NCBI GenBank assembly: GCA_043228905.1
Contig: JBHGNT010000022.1
Span: forward strand, 8,432,001 to 8,496,000
DNA from: Azolla caroliniana
Taxonomy: Eukaryota; Plantae; Polypodiophyta
DNA length: 64,000 nucleotides
Direction: 5' to 3'
Part shown: positions 1-12,610 of the stretch, piece by piece
Layout: each line of letters starts with the position of its first letter
Position numbering within the stretch: position 1 is the stretch's first letter
Notes under the pieces: generated by a model
Seen by the model: the letters and a program-made list of their open reading frames with translations, nothing else
The model's database searches: none
Told to the model about the DNA's origin: nothing
Program-made: the position numbers and the translations under genes

Positions 1-3000
1 ACCAAGTATGTCTTGGTGTTTTGCCCTTATCTCGGTATAGGTGGGGCATTTGCATGTAAAATGGTACTCATCCTCTATCTCTATCTGGCATAACCTACAT
101 ATCCTTTCCTCCCTAGGGACTCCATTAGTACGTCCATTCTCAATCTGAAGTTGGTGAGATGATATTCTAAGTTGACCAATGGCAACCCTTAGTGAATGTG
201 GTAAGAATACATCTAGATATTTTGGGCGCGTGATAAAACCTAACTCAGAGAAGTGCATAAAGTGTTCCTTATAGTACGACATTTTAGATGGGAGTGGCTC
301 TAGTGGGGTGATCCATTTATACCGAGTATAAATTTGCCATATTTCTTGGCGTATTACTTTATTACGATCCTCATGAGAGATTAAAGTGTTATCAGTCGTG
401 TGGTCGTACTTAAAGGGGGGTAGGTTATTAATGTCTAGACTGTTGGCAATAAGCCAACTCACCATCATGCCATACCATGAGCTAGTATAGCCGGACTCAT
501 ATAGTGCTTGAGAAGCCTTAAAGGCTTGGTGGGATATTCTATCAAGTGGTTGGTTATGTATCCCGTGGATAAAGACTACAAGTTGAAAAAGTGCTTCTAC
601 TAACACAAGGGGTAGAGTGAACTCAGCCCTAATAATGTCATGTAGGACCGACGATTTGCTTCGGAGTTGGCGTGATAACATCATCACCAATGGTCTCTCT
701 AATTGCGTTCACATGAAAGATGGTAGTCCTGGAGCCCAAACCGCTGATGCAGCATACATGAGAGAGGGAGTCACTAATGAGTCAAAGAGCCACCCTTTAG
801 TTCGTGGCTCTTGGAAGTATGCTTGGTGGCATTGTCTCTCGAGGAGTGAGAGGGATGCATGTCCTCTTGTAAGTCTATCCTTCGCTGCTTGTGTCATCGA
901 AAATTTACCTGAGCGGGCATTGAAAGTGACTTTGAGATAGACATATGATCCAACCACCTCAATTGGGCTATGGGAGATAGTTAGGTGACACTTAGCTCTA
1001 ACTTGGGCCGACGTGTGGAAGATAAGGACTTTAGTTTTCCCTAGATTCACTACCAATCCTCGTTGTACACAAAAGTCATCTAAGGCATTAAGGTGCCTCT
1101 GTAGGTCGTTTTCGGATTCAGAGAGCAAAACTATGTCATCCGCATAGAGCAAGATACGAACCTGCGTATCCCCAAGGACCACTCCGGTGCCTCCCTCACG
1201 AGCAATAAAATCTGTGATCTCATCAATGTAGATCCCAAAAAGCGTCGGTGATAGGGGGCAACCTTGTTTTACACCAATAGTGCTAGTGAAACGATTAGAT
1301 AGGCCACCTGGGCATCAGACACACCTGGACACTTGTTCATATAGTGCGTAGATGGCCCATACCATATCATCTGGTATCCTCAAGCTTTTAAGTCTATCAA
1401 ACAACCGCTCTCTAGGGACCATGTCAAAGGCATTGCGGAAGTCCACAAAACAACAATATAGTTTCTTCTTACGAGCCTTAGTTTGGTCAATTAAGCATCT
1501 AAGTGTGAAGATATGATCAATAGTGGAGAAGGTTCGTCTAAAGCCAACCTGTTTAGGTGTACGAAGATTTAAGGTCTCCATATACTCGCTAAGCTCTGCC
1601 TCCATTACTACACCATATAATTTAGCAAGGGTATGACCTATCATAATGGTCCTATAAGTATTTGGGTCCATGGGGTCCCCCCCTTTATGTATGGGGGCCA
1701 TTGTGTTCATGGTCCATTGTGGTGGAAAACCCTCTGCGAGGGCACGATTGAAGATTAGAGTTAGCAAGGGAGCTAGGCACTCTCTCGCATATATGATGTG
1801 TTCTGCTCGCAATCCTGTGTGGTCCATGGACTTCCTATGTTGTAATTTCTTTATGACCTTCGTGACCCTAGAGGTCGTGAAGAGTGTCCCCACAGTAGGT
1901 CGTGGTGTAGAAGGCATTGGAATGGGTGGTTGGTTTGGGATTTGGTAAAGTCTCTCTGTATAAGTGTGCCAAGTTTCGGGATCTTCAATGGGTGTTTGTG
2001 GTCTTGGTTCCCGTAATCTCTTCCATGCAGTGGCACAATCGCTACTCATGAGCATATGGTAGAGTTCCCAATATTGGGATGCCTCCCATGCTCGTCTCTT
2101 ACGACGTGTCATCTTGCGCATTTCTTTACGAGCTTGTACTGAGGTAATACTACCACTGAGTTGCGATATTGTAAGTTGTCTATGTAAGCACCTACAATCC
2201 TCATCATACCATCTATTTTGTGGCATAGATCCTACTTTACCTTGATTGGAGTGTTTTGTATATGGGAAACTGCTAGCTGCTGCGGAGTGAAGGATGTGTG
2301 TGAGTTTCGTACTAAGGCTCTCTAAAGGTAGGGAGGGATCAATGGAGGAGAGATGGGCTTGAACATGTCGAGCATATATGTCAGAGAGCTCATGTGTGAA
2401 ATGTATTGTGATGTCATGGCGTGGTTGACTAGAGTTGGTGAAGTTAGAGATATCGCATTTTAGCTCGAAGTATAAGAAACTATGGTCCGCGCCAATAGGA
2501 CATGGGGCCACTCGGAAGGAGTTAATCATGTGGGTAGCTTCAGGGTGTCCTATTAGATAATCGATTGTGCTTTCCCCTCCTCCATGTGGGAAACATGTGA
2601 GCTCTTCCGAACCTGGTCACTTGGCTAAACCATTATATATGACCATTAGGTGCCGACTGCTGAGTTTGAGCAAATGATGGCCAAAGCTCGTGGCGTCCGC
2701 ACCTTGATCCTTTCATCTACGTGTGGTGTCTATGTCTAAAGGATCGACATTTACCATTTCTAGGTTTCTATTCATTTGAAATATTGTGCATTGTCGGGAT
2801 TGGGTTCTCGCATTGAAGTCTCCTACAAGGAATACTTCTCCTTGGGAAGAATATCGGATTATGTCATCCGATAGAGGTTCATATGGGGAAGGCCCATGTG
2901 GCACTCCGTCATCAACTAATCTCGCCGTGCCAGCCAGATTATAACGAGAGCCTTTTGGGGGAAAGTAACAAATGGCAAAAAATACTGCCTTGTCCTTGCT

Positions 3001-3370
3001 TGTGGAGACTTTCACCCACATAAAACGAGCTTCTGGGTCTGTGCTCAATATTTCTATCCTATTATGTAGCTCCCTCCGAAACAATATTGTGACACCTCTT
3101 GATCCCCTGGTAGTGCATCGACGTGAGGTTTGTCTAAAAGCCGACTCCCAACGAAATCCTTCGACTCGTGAGAGTTCCCTATTTGGGCTTTGGTGTGTTT
3201 CTACTAGGCAAACTATATCTGATTCCTTTAATATCCCCTCTAGGCGGCCGGGGTGTGTCCAGAGTGCGCCGTTACAATTCCATAAGGTCATCCTAAGTGT
3301 GTTTTCTGTCACATGGTCCACACGCCGTCAATTAGTAGTGCGATCATTTATGATCACTCGCCCATCTCGA
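1..3370 (-). mobile_element. Non-LTR retrotransposon (RTEX/RTE-like LINE), degenerate ORF with endonuclease, RT and C-terminal Cys/His domain; runs off the left edge
   Basis: APE endonuclease motifs (TLWNCNG, CLVETH, GDFNAR) at 2713-3321. RT motifs (PIHKGGD..YRTI, FVDF..AFD) at 1315-2529 and YADD at 709-1182. LRISSHQL/Cys-His C-terminus at 1-175. Stops and frameshifts are present. Confidence 0.9.
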
Positions 3371-3379
3371 TAAAAGAGA

Positions 3380-3782
3380 GAGAGAATAGAATTAGAATTA
3401 GAATTTTTATCATCCATAAAGAGGCCAAATTTGACCTATGGGACCAGAGTTTTATGTGGTCTTGATATGTGTCTCCTTCCTAAAAAGGGGTATTCATACA
3501 TTGAAGTAAACAGTCTCTATGGGTGAATAAAGCTTACAAATGAGCTCAACCTTCTAGGTGGTGTCTTAAGTATGGCATTTAAGTTATCACTCCCTCTTAG
3601 TATGACAACATATCTTGAATGAATTGCACTATATGCCGAGCAAGTGAAGAGCAAGTGGCATTCATCCTCTACCATGCTTTCATTGCATACTTTACATGCC
3701 TTCAAATTTGTTACATTTTGATACCATGATGCAACTTCAATACTTAACTTGTGAGATTGAGTGCGAAGTAGTGTAAGGGCTT

Positions 3783-3783
<1 letters not shown>
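3380..3783 (-). mobile_element. 3' fragment of a second RTEX-like LINE family with a (TTCTAA)n-like tail
   Basis: ORF 3517-3705 carries CKVC..EDECH..FTC..Y. The tail reads gaatagaattagaattagaat on the + strand at ~3383-3403. The fragment is flanked on both sides by GA repeats. Confidence 0.75.

Positions 3784-3822
<39 letters not shown>
3784..3822. repeat. (GA)n microsatellite
   Basis: Seen directly. Confidence 0.95.
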
Positions 3823-3825
<3 letters not shown>

Positions 3826-4856
3826 ATACCTTTTAAGACACTAAAGTGGTCTATAAGACCAAACATTGTGGTTCATACAAGGGAGATACCATTGCCTCTT
3901 TAAAGAAGGCTTTCGCTCACTACGCAAGGTAATGAAATATGAGGAACGACAGTGCTTAGGACTTTTCTTGCCAAAACTAAAGAGACATAGGGAAAAGTTG
4001 ATGAGTACAAAAGTACAACCCCACAAGCTCATCAACAAAGAACAATCACAATTTTCTTTAACCCCACTACTCCTAATGCCTACAAGTCAAACAAAGGCTA
4101 CACAAATGGGCTCTTGACCAAGACATAGCAAAGGGATTGCAATAGATCAAGTGTTAGCAATTTGTCATGCGCGTAGACCTTGACCCCATGGACCACGATC
4201 TCCCCACCCTTGTCATTAACAAATAAAGGCCATTATGTCCCATCATCACAAATGCTTGAGACCTCTACATTCTAGATCAACCTATACAAGAGATCTTTCG
4301 AAGACAAAAATTACAAGATATCTGACTTGAGCATCTTACATGTATCGATAACAACATTCTTTAGTCTGATTTGATCTTATTTACTGTTTTTTACTTCATA
4401 ACATTGATTTGTTCTCAAAGACAAGACCACTTACGTATTTTGTTTTCCAAGTATATAATATCAATTTGGATCACTAACACGTTCGCGTTCACAAGCGGAA
4501 GGATTGTGCACAAATGGAAGGATAAGGAATATTCTGTTTGATTTCGAGGTTTAAATAACCATTTCAGAAAACACAATGATACCGGTATCACACGTTCTCA
4601 AAATTGCATTGGAAAAGGTTAAAAATCCACCATGTCATGAAGTTGAAATTCACAAAATTTAGGCCCTAATCCAAAATTTACATTCTTTATTTTCTGGGAA
4701 AAACAAATAATGTTTTTTGTAACAAACAATCTTCATACGGAGCGACAAATTTCAAAACATAACCTTTATATCATTCGAGTCATTACAAACTTAAATTTGC
4801 TATAATTTGATACCAAAACTACATTCAAGAGTTATTTGTACCATTGAATACGGCAA

Positions 4857-5447
4857 GACCAAGCTAGAGAATACCAATGCATCGACTTGGGAAGTCATGC
4901 ATTTGAAGGCGACTGCATACATAAGGTGTTTTATAGACATGAGTCTATACAACAACTTTAATGAAGAGAACAAGGCAGATGTCCTTTGGGAGAAGATCAA
5001 CATTATGTTCGAGAATAAGAATGCCATCAACAAAGTCTCAGTGTTTTGAAAGATCATGAGACTCCGGTATTAGGATGAGTCTAGTATGGCGGAGCACCTG
5101 AATGCCTTCCAAGGACTTATCAATTAGACCACCTCTCTAGAAGTACCTCTTGTCAACGAGGTACTAGCATTGCTATTGCTTGGATCCCTTCCAGATAATT
5201 GGGAAACACTCGTTGTCACATTGGGCAACGCCGGACCGGAAGGGAAACATCTATCCCTGGAGAAGGTGAAGTTGAGCATGCTAAACGAGGAAGCTCGTCG
5301 GAAGGACAAAGACTCCATTATTGACCTGAAGGCCTTAGTCATAGAAGGTGACACAAATCGGGGAAGAGGCCGGAATAGAAGTCCCCAAAACCGAGAGAAG
5401 TCAGGGACAAGGTCGAAGTCTAGGGGGAGGCTCACATGCTTCTATTG
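4857..5447 (+). pseudogene. Ty1/copia family A gag fragment
   Basis: WEVMHLKATAYIRCFIDMS...LLGSLPDNWE...CFYC, collinear with the gag at 39660-40370 and 46697 onward. Stops are present. Confidence 0.85.
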
Positions 5448-5683
5448 TAAATCAGCATTTGGAGGGATTGATGTGGTAGGGTGTGCAGGGTCAAAGGTCT
5501 TCATGGGCTCAGGGTCTCCTCCTATGAGTCCCATGATTGTCTCTGACAACTCGTAGGAGTCCAAAATGGCAGACATTTTGAACTTCCATAGAGTGTAGTT
5601 GGTTCCATCTAGCTTTCCATCAGACAATGGAGGTGGGCGAATGCGCAGTGGAGCAGCTGCAACATTCGTGGACAAGGCCATTG

Positions 5684-5732
<49 letters not shown>

Positions 5733-6424
5733 TTCTCTGTGTTGCCAGGCAGCAACTGCCCGTATATACCCAATCTAGATCAACCTCTCAGCTCTGATAC
5801 CATGTTAGAAATATTGAGAATCGATTAGATAGGTATATAGAGTTACAACTACAGAGATGGGATATATGAAAACAAAACTTCTATTACATATGAGAGTATC
5901 TCACAATGGTAGTTTTCCCATGCACTCACACCTTAGAGCTTAGATAGGATATGGACCAGCTCACTACAAAATTAGTGGGGACTGATAATCAAGCCAACCA
6001 CTGTGAAAAGAAAGTGGATTGCTTTCTATGTTTGGTCTAAGTATAACATTAAATGTGCAAGTCAGTTGAGAGTAGTGGAGATATTCCTTTTTTGTCAACT
6101 GACTTGTCATTTAATATGACCAACTCCCTAGGTACAGGCTAGTGCTAGATAGTACTTATCTTGAAGTCAATGATGAATACTTCAAGACTAAGTACATCGT
6201 AACTTGCCCACAAAATATTCTAGTTGACTTGATTAGCCAATCCTATTACCTATTTCTCTCTTTCCTAAATACATTGTGTCCTATGCATCTACGGTTTCCT
6301 AGATTAACACCTTATCGACCCATATGGTCAAGTTGCACACTAGCCACTCCTCATTTGGGGCGCTATCACAAAATGTGCACTCTAAGAGCACATATGGGGA
6401 TAGATTTACAACTTGGGGCTAATC
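5448..6424 (-). mobile_element. 5' fragment of an unrelated copia element: LTR end, Met-i PBS, (GA)n leader and gag start
   Basis: gctctgatacca at 5791-5802 is the reverse complement of TGGTATCAGAGC, adjacent to the LTR terminus tgttag at 5803. Gag start KLDGTNYTLWKFKM at 5442-5681. The right boundary is uncertain. Confidence 0.7.
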
Positions 6425-6429
6425 ATTGA

Positions 6430-7622
6430 TTATATCGGGGAGCTGTGGCATAAGAGACTATGCCACATGAGCTAGAGGGGAATGCAAATGCTAGCCGAAA
6501 GAGAACTCCTGCCGGAGTTGAAGAAATTGCATATGGAAAAATGTGCCGACTACCTGACCGGCAAACAAAACAGAATCGCTTTCCGACCGAGGCCTCCGAT
6601 GAGGAGGAAGAATGCTCTGGAACTCGTGCATACAAATGTATGCTTGTTGATGTGAAGTCACATGCCGATGCACAATACTTTGTAACCTTCATAGATGATC
6701 ATAGTGATAAGTTGTGGGCGTACGTGCTGAAGACGAAGGATCAAGTACTGAGTGTCTTCAAGGAGTTCCAGGCGAGAACCGAGAGAGAAACCGGTTGGAA
6801 GTTGAAGGCGGTCCGAACGGACAATGGAGGAGAATACCAAGGGCAATTCGAGGAATATTCTCGATCTCAAGGTATTCGGCTAGAGTACATAGTTCTGAAG
6901 ACTCTAGAGCTAAATGGTATGGCCGAGAGAATGAACCGGACCATCATGGAAAGGGTCCAATGTATGTTGGCACATGTGACACTGCCGAAGATTTACGGGG
7001 CCGAGGCGTTGATGACAACCGTTTACATTATAAACAAGTCTCCCTCGGTTCCACTGGAAGGTGACATACCACAAAGGGTATGATCCGGCAAAGAAGTGTC
7101 TTATCAACATTTGAGGGTGTTCGGCTGCCTGGCCTATGTTCATGTAGCTAAGGACCAATGGGGGAAATTGGATCCCAAGAGCAGATCGTGTCTATTTCTC
7201 GGCTACGGCGAAGACGAATTTGACTATCGGCTATGGGACCTAATCGACAAGAAGGTTATTAGGATCCGAGATATCGTCTTTATGGAAGAAAAGACGATTG
7301 CCGACTGGGAGATGGAGAAGACAGGGTCGACATCCAAGACGATCGAGAATAGGCCTCCAGTTATCGATTCGAGCCGAGTTGATGATTGGTTGAATCAAAC
7401 AGAAGTCGATCCGACTGAAATCGGATACGAACCATTCGGCCAAATAGATAATCGACAAAATCAAGAGCCGACTGAGGAACAAGGAGAACCAGTTTGAAGA
7501 AGACAGTCGGCCAAACGAGGATCCGAATTCGATTCGGATGAAGAACCGACAGAAGAGGTCGATCCAGAGCCAAGTGCTGCAAATAGAGGAAGGAGATGCC
7601 CTCTGAGAGAGAGAAGAGCCCC
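6430..7622 (+). pseudogene. Ty1/copia family A integrase fragment
   Basis: GELWHKRLCH, FVTFIDDHS, RTDNGGEY, NGMAERMNRT and LRVFGCLAY motifs. It ends at RR.PLRER.A, followed by a poly-C/(CA)n tract. Confidence 0.9.
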
Positions 7623-7625
7623 CCC

Positions 7626-7681
<56 letters not shown>
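7619..7681. repeat. Poly-C followed by (CA)n
   Basis: Seen directly. Confidence 0.95.
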
Positions 7682-7682
<1 letters not shown>

Positions 7683-7693
7683 ATGGTGCTGAG

Positions 7694-8254
7694 TGTTGTC
7701 TCTTCTTTCGGAGATACACCTTCAATTACTATCCTGAGTAATTGGGTCAAGGAACAATGGTTGCGTAGGAAGGTAGAGTAGGATCGAACGGGCCGATCAA
7801 CCTCGAAGTGGCCGGCCACAACCGAACTTATGGTTAAAACTAGAATAGAAACGAGGACAAAGATTATTTAATTGACACAAAAAGATTGACCCAACAAAGT
7901 ATGTATTATAGTTTTACTACATCAAATGATTACACGGCTCACGACCGATAGACCAACGATATATATATAGGTCCTCTTTCTCTTATATAGCGTATACAAA
8001 TATCTCTCCTTATTCCGTACTCCCTTCCTTCTGCTGTTCCCTGCTTTATATAACTTTTGTATCTCCTTGGCGCGCTTCAACCACCTCTCTGATTTTCTAG
8101 TCTTTATTCTTGGCAACGTGTAATTCATTCAGCTACTTCCTTCACGCTCGGTCGATTCTCCTTTTCACCTACTTTTACCTACTCGTTCCTTTTAGATTCG
8201 TTTCACACTTCATAACCTTTGTCCCATGGATAACACCTGGCACGCCCGTGGGAC
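7694..8254 (+). mobile_element. LTR (TGTTG...TAACA, ~542 bp) followed by a tRNA-Arg-type PBS; internal region missing
   Basis: taaca-cc-TGGCACGCCCGTGGGAC at 8231-8254 resembles the Arg PBS of Tat-clade gypsy elements. TATA-like tatatatagg lies at ~7962. The left end is inferred. Confidence 0.55.
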
Positions 8255-9892
8255 AGTGTGTTGCACGTCGAACCCCAAAGCAAAACTTCCAAAATAGAAA
8301 TCTAAATGCTATTTAGCCGAAAAAACTTCGCTATGGTACCCTCCTTCTTTCAAAATTGTGAGGATGTCCTATGATTGTTGCGATGAACTGGTTTGGAGAT
8401 TGGTCGTCTCTTCCGCCGTTGGCTTGGTACTCACAAGGGCGACAAGTGGCCATAACTCTGTGACCGTTTTGGCTTGTTTGCTGCTGACCGCCATGTCCTT
8501 GGCAGTGTGGGTCGCTTTCTCCAATTCGTGGTAAACCCCGACCAAGGCCGTGTTGAGGTCTGGTAGCTCGATCCGAGCACGAAAGTTTTTGGTCACGCGT
8601 TTTCGGTTGATCTTTTGTAGCTGCGACTCCTCGTCCGATTTGAGCTCGTTGGGTAATGCCCGTTGGACCATCTGTTGTTCGGCATGGTCTTGAGCCATGC
8701 GTGCCGTGGCAGCAACTTGGAGGCGAGTGAAGAAGTCGATTAACTCGTATGTCGTGCCGTGTTGTAAGATCGCGCCGAGCTCGTAGGACTCAATGGGCAA
8801 GTCCTTGAAGATCATTACTTCCTCCTCTGAGAACCGAGAAGGTTGCTCTTGCTCTGTATTTCCTAACGTAATGTGCTAAAACAGGCAATAACCTTTTACG
8901 TGCTTGAAAAGCCATCAAGGCGGCATGAACTCCGTCCCCGGTGATGATGACCCTATCGATGGCACCGCCTCTATATGCCATGATGATGATGCTTGCCTTA
9001 TTCTTTGGTGTGCTATACGCTGTCTTGATGTGGCGTGCTCAAGTGTGGGAAAAACCGGCGAAAGGGGGGGTCAAAATGTGCATGTGCAATGTGTGAGCAC
9101 ACAAAGGCAATTAATTGTGCACATGCAAAAGAAAATGGAAAAGAAAGGGTGGAAAGGAGGTATAGAAGCTCGTGTAAAAAGTAAGAGAGAGGAGAGATAA
9201 AATGTAGAGAGGAGACAGTCTATGAATTTTTAGATATAGAATTATATATTATATAAGAGAGAGTTAATGGAGTAGTGGATAGTCACATTAGATAGTCACA
9301 TTGACTTCTAGCTAGAGGTGCACGGTTCAAATCTGGTCTTACAATGTAGCGTGATTTAAGGAATTTTATTCCTTTTGCATTGAAGACAAAATTGGCAACC
9401 CCCTTTCCTTTTTTCCTATAAAAAGAGGTCGAGGGGGGCTCATTTGAGAGGACGTTTTGGGAGGAGGAGACTATCGCCATTTTTCCTTCAGAGCTCTTCA
9501 TCTTCATCTTCACCATTTCTCTCCATCTCATACCCCTTCATCCCCTCATCGCCACGTGCTCATCTTCTTCGCGTTGGCACTTGAAGTGCTCGTTTACGGT
9601 GCTTGTGAGCCCGAGCTTCATTGGTTCGACGTTGGTTCGCCCCCGTTTGTCGTTGCAAGCCCGTGTGCTCGCCATTCGGGTGGTCGTGGTTCGTTGGGGT
9701 TGGCATTTCTGTGGTGCTCGTGTGTTCGTCTTCTTCGTGTTCAGATTTGCTTTTGTCTCTAAGGGCATTTAGTATTTATGTGTTGTTGATCTTGTTGTTA
9801 ACTAGAAGTTGCCACATGGTAATCAAACCCTATTTTATAAAGGGCCCTCTTGTGTTGGAATCGAACACATATTTATTTCTTTAGCCAATATC

Positions 9893-11620
9893 ATGCGAGA
9901 ACCCAATCCCGACAATGCACAGTATTTCAGATGAATAGAAACCTAGAAATGGTAAATGTTGATCCTTTAGACATAGGCACCACACGTAGATCAAAGGATC
10001 AAGGTGCGGACGCCACGAGCTTTGGCCATCATCTGCTCGAACTTGGCAGTCGGCACCGGATGGTCATATATAATGGTTTAGCTAAGTGGCCGGGCTCGGA
10101 AGAGCTCACATGTTTCCCACATGGAGGAGGGGAAAACACAGTTGACTATCTAATAGGGCGCCCTGAAGCTACCCACATGATTAACTCCTTCCGAGTGGCC
10201 CCATGCTCTATTGGCGCAGACCATAGTTTCTTATACTTCGAGCTAAAATGTGATATCTCTAAGGTCACCAAGTCTAGTCAACCATGCCATCACACCACAA
10301 TACATTTCACACATGAGCTCTTTGACATATAGTCTCAACATGTTCAGGCCCATCTCCCCTCCCTTGATCCCTCCCTACCGTTAGAAAGCCTTAGTACAAA
10401 ACTCACACACATCCTTCACTCCGCAGCAGCTAGCAGTTTCCCATATACAAAACACTCAAATCAAGGTAGATTAGGATCAATGCCACAAAATAAATGGTAT
10501 GACGAGGATTGTAGGGACTTACATAGACAACTTACAGTATCGCAACTCAATGGTAGTATTACCTCCATACAAGCTCGCAAAGAAATGCGTAAGATGACAC
10601 GTCGTAAGAGACGAGCGTGGGAGGCATCCCAATACTGGGAACTCTACCATATGCTCATGAGTAGCGATTACGCCACGGCATGGAAGAGACTACGGGAGCA
10701 AAGACCACAAACACCCATCGAAGATCCCGAAACTTGGCACACATATATAGAGAGACTTTACCAAATCCCAAACCAACCACCCATTCCAATGCCTTTCACA
10801 CCTCGGCCTACCACGGGGACACTTTTCACGACCTCTAGGGTCATGAAGGTCATAAAGAAATTACAACTTAGAATATCATCTCACCAACTTGAGATTGAGA
10901 ATGGCCGTACTAGTGGAGTCCCTAGGGAGGAAAGGATATGTAGGTTATGTCACATAGAGATAGAGGATGAGTACCACTTTACATGCAAGTGTCCAACCTA
11001 TGCCGAGATAAGGGAAAAATACCAAGACATACTTGGTCCGTCTCCCACCCTCCCCAAACTATTAGATACTCTAGATATAAAGAAATTAGGCAAATACATT
11101 CTAGAGCTAAAACAACACAGAGAGAATAAGTTACAAAATGTTGACAATAACGTTGCTAATGATCACGAACATGTAACAAATGAAGTATTTCAGGAACCTG
11201 AGGAGACAACGAATGCCGACCCACTTGCACCACTCGGCCTTTCCATTGATGAGGCAAAAAACCAGAGAAGAACCAGACGTCCTCGGGTGCCGGGTTTCAA
11301 AGCAACTCGACGTGATGTGGAAGCAATATTGAAAATAAGGGAACGTGAGCTACACCGCCTAGAAGCCATGGCTAGGGCACTCTCTACATTGGAACCCACA
11401 TCAAGACCCTTTGACCCCCCACTTCTTTTCGAGAGGCTTGGGTGGAAATAAAATTAGGCTTAGTGTATAGTCACTTTCGAGTATACTACATATTGTACAC
11501 TACTAGAACTCTTTTAGTTTAAGTTCTATTTTTTACTTAATTTTATTTTAGTTATGATGACTGGATAAATACTCTTTTGTTGTAAACCAATTGTCTCATG
11601 GGCCAAATTTGGGCTTAGAA
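9893..11620 (+). mobile_element. 5'-truncated RTEX-like LINE copy lacking the RT core (same family as 1-3370)
   Basis: Nearly collinear with the 1-3370 copy. KVIKKLQ is fused to LRISSHQL at 10864-10867. C-terminal CRLC..EDEYH..C motif, stop at 11451, 3' UTR to ~11620. Confidence 0.9.
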
Positions 11621-11746
11621 GCATTTGTACGTGTGTTTGTGTCTTCCTTGTACGTTCGACCGTCTTGTGACGAGGGAGCGTTTCGGGCGTGCCCATGCAC
11701 CTCTCCTCCTCATAAAGGCATATGAGCATTTGTGCGTGTGCTTGTG

Positions 11747-11778
<32 letters not shown>

Positions 11779-12610
11779 TGTTCTCGTCCCCTTGTACGTT
11801 TGGACGTCTTGTGACGAGGGAGCGTTTCGGGCATGCCCATGCACCTCTCCTCCTCATAAAGGCATATGAGCATTTGTACGTGTGTTTGTGTCTTCCTTGT
11901 ACATTCAACCGTCTTGTGACGAGGGAGCGTTTCAGGTGTGCCCATGCACCTCTCCTTGTCATAAAGGCGTACGAGCATTTGTGCGTGTGCTTGTGTCTTC
12001 CTTGTACGTTCGGCCGTCTTGTGACGAGGGAGCGTTTCGGGCGTGCCCATGCTCCTCTCCTCCTCATAAAGGCGTACGAGCATTTGTGCATGTGTTTGTT
12101 TCTTCCTTGTACGTTCGGTCGTCTTGTGACGAGGGAGCGTTTCGGGCGTGCCCATGCACCTCTCCTCCTCATAAAGGCGTACGAGCATTTTGTGCGTGTG
12201 TTTGTGTCTTCCTTGTACGTTCGGCCGTCTTGTGACGAGGGAGCGTTTCGAGCGTGCTCATGCACCTCTCCTCCTCATAAAGACGTACGAGCATTTGTGC
12301 GTGTGTTTGTGTCTTCCTTGTACGTTCGGCCATCTTGTGACGAGGGAGCGTTCGGACTTGCCCATGCACCTCTCCTCCTCATAAAGGCGTACGAGCATTT
12401 GTGCGTGTGTTTTGTGTCTTCCTTGTACGTTCGGAGTCTTGTGACAAGGGAGCGTTCGGGCGTGCCCATGCACCTCTCCTCCTCATAAAGACGTACGAGC
12501 ATTCATGTTTGTATTCTCGTCCCTTTCCTTGTACATTCGGCGTCTTGTGACGAGGGAGCGTTCGGGCGTGCCCATGCACCTCTTCTCATAAAGAAGTACG
12601 GGCATTTGTG
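11621..12610. repeat. 105-bp tandem repeat, about 9 copies
   Basis: gcattt unit starts at 11870, 11975, 12080 and 12185 (period 105). About 3 copies of the same unit lie at 33375-33680. Confidence 0.95.

Noticed and set aside
7240-7819. ORFs with VCVCVC/GGGG runs
   Set aside because: These are translations of the poly-C/(CA)n tract and of antisense copia sequence.
11526-12579. Long ORFs in several frames with 35-aa repeats
   Set aside because: They are a by-product of a stop-poor 105-bp tandem unit inside an LTR-like element, with no evidence of coding.
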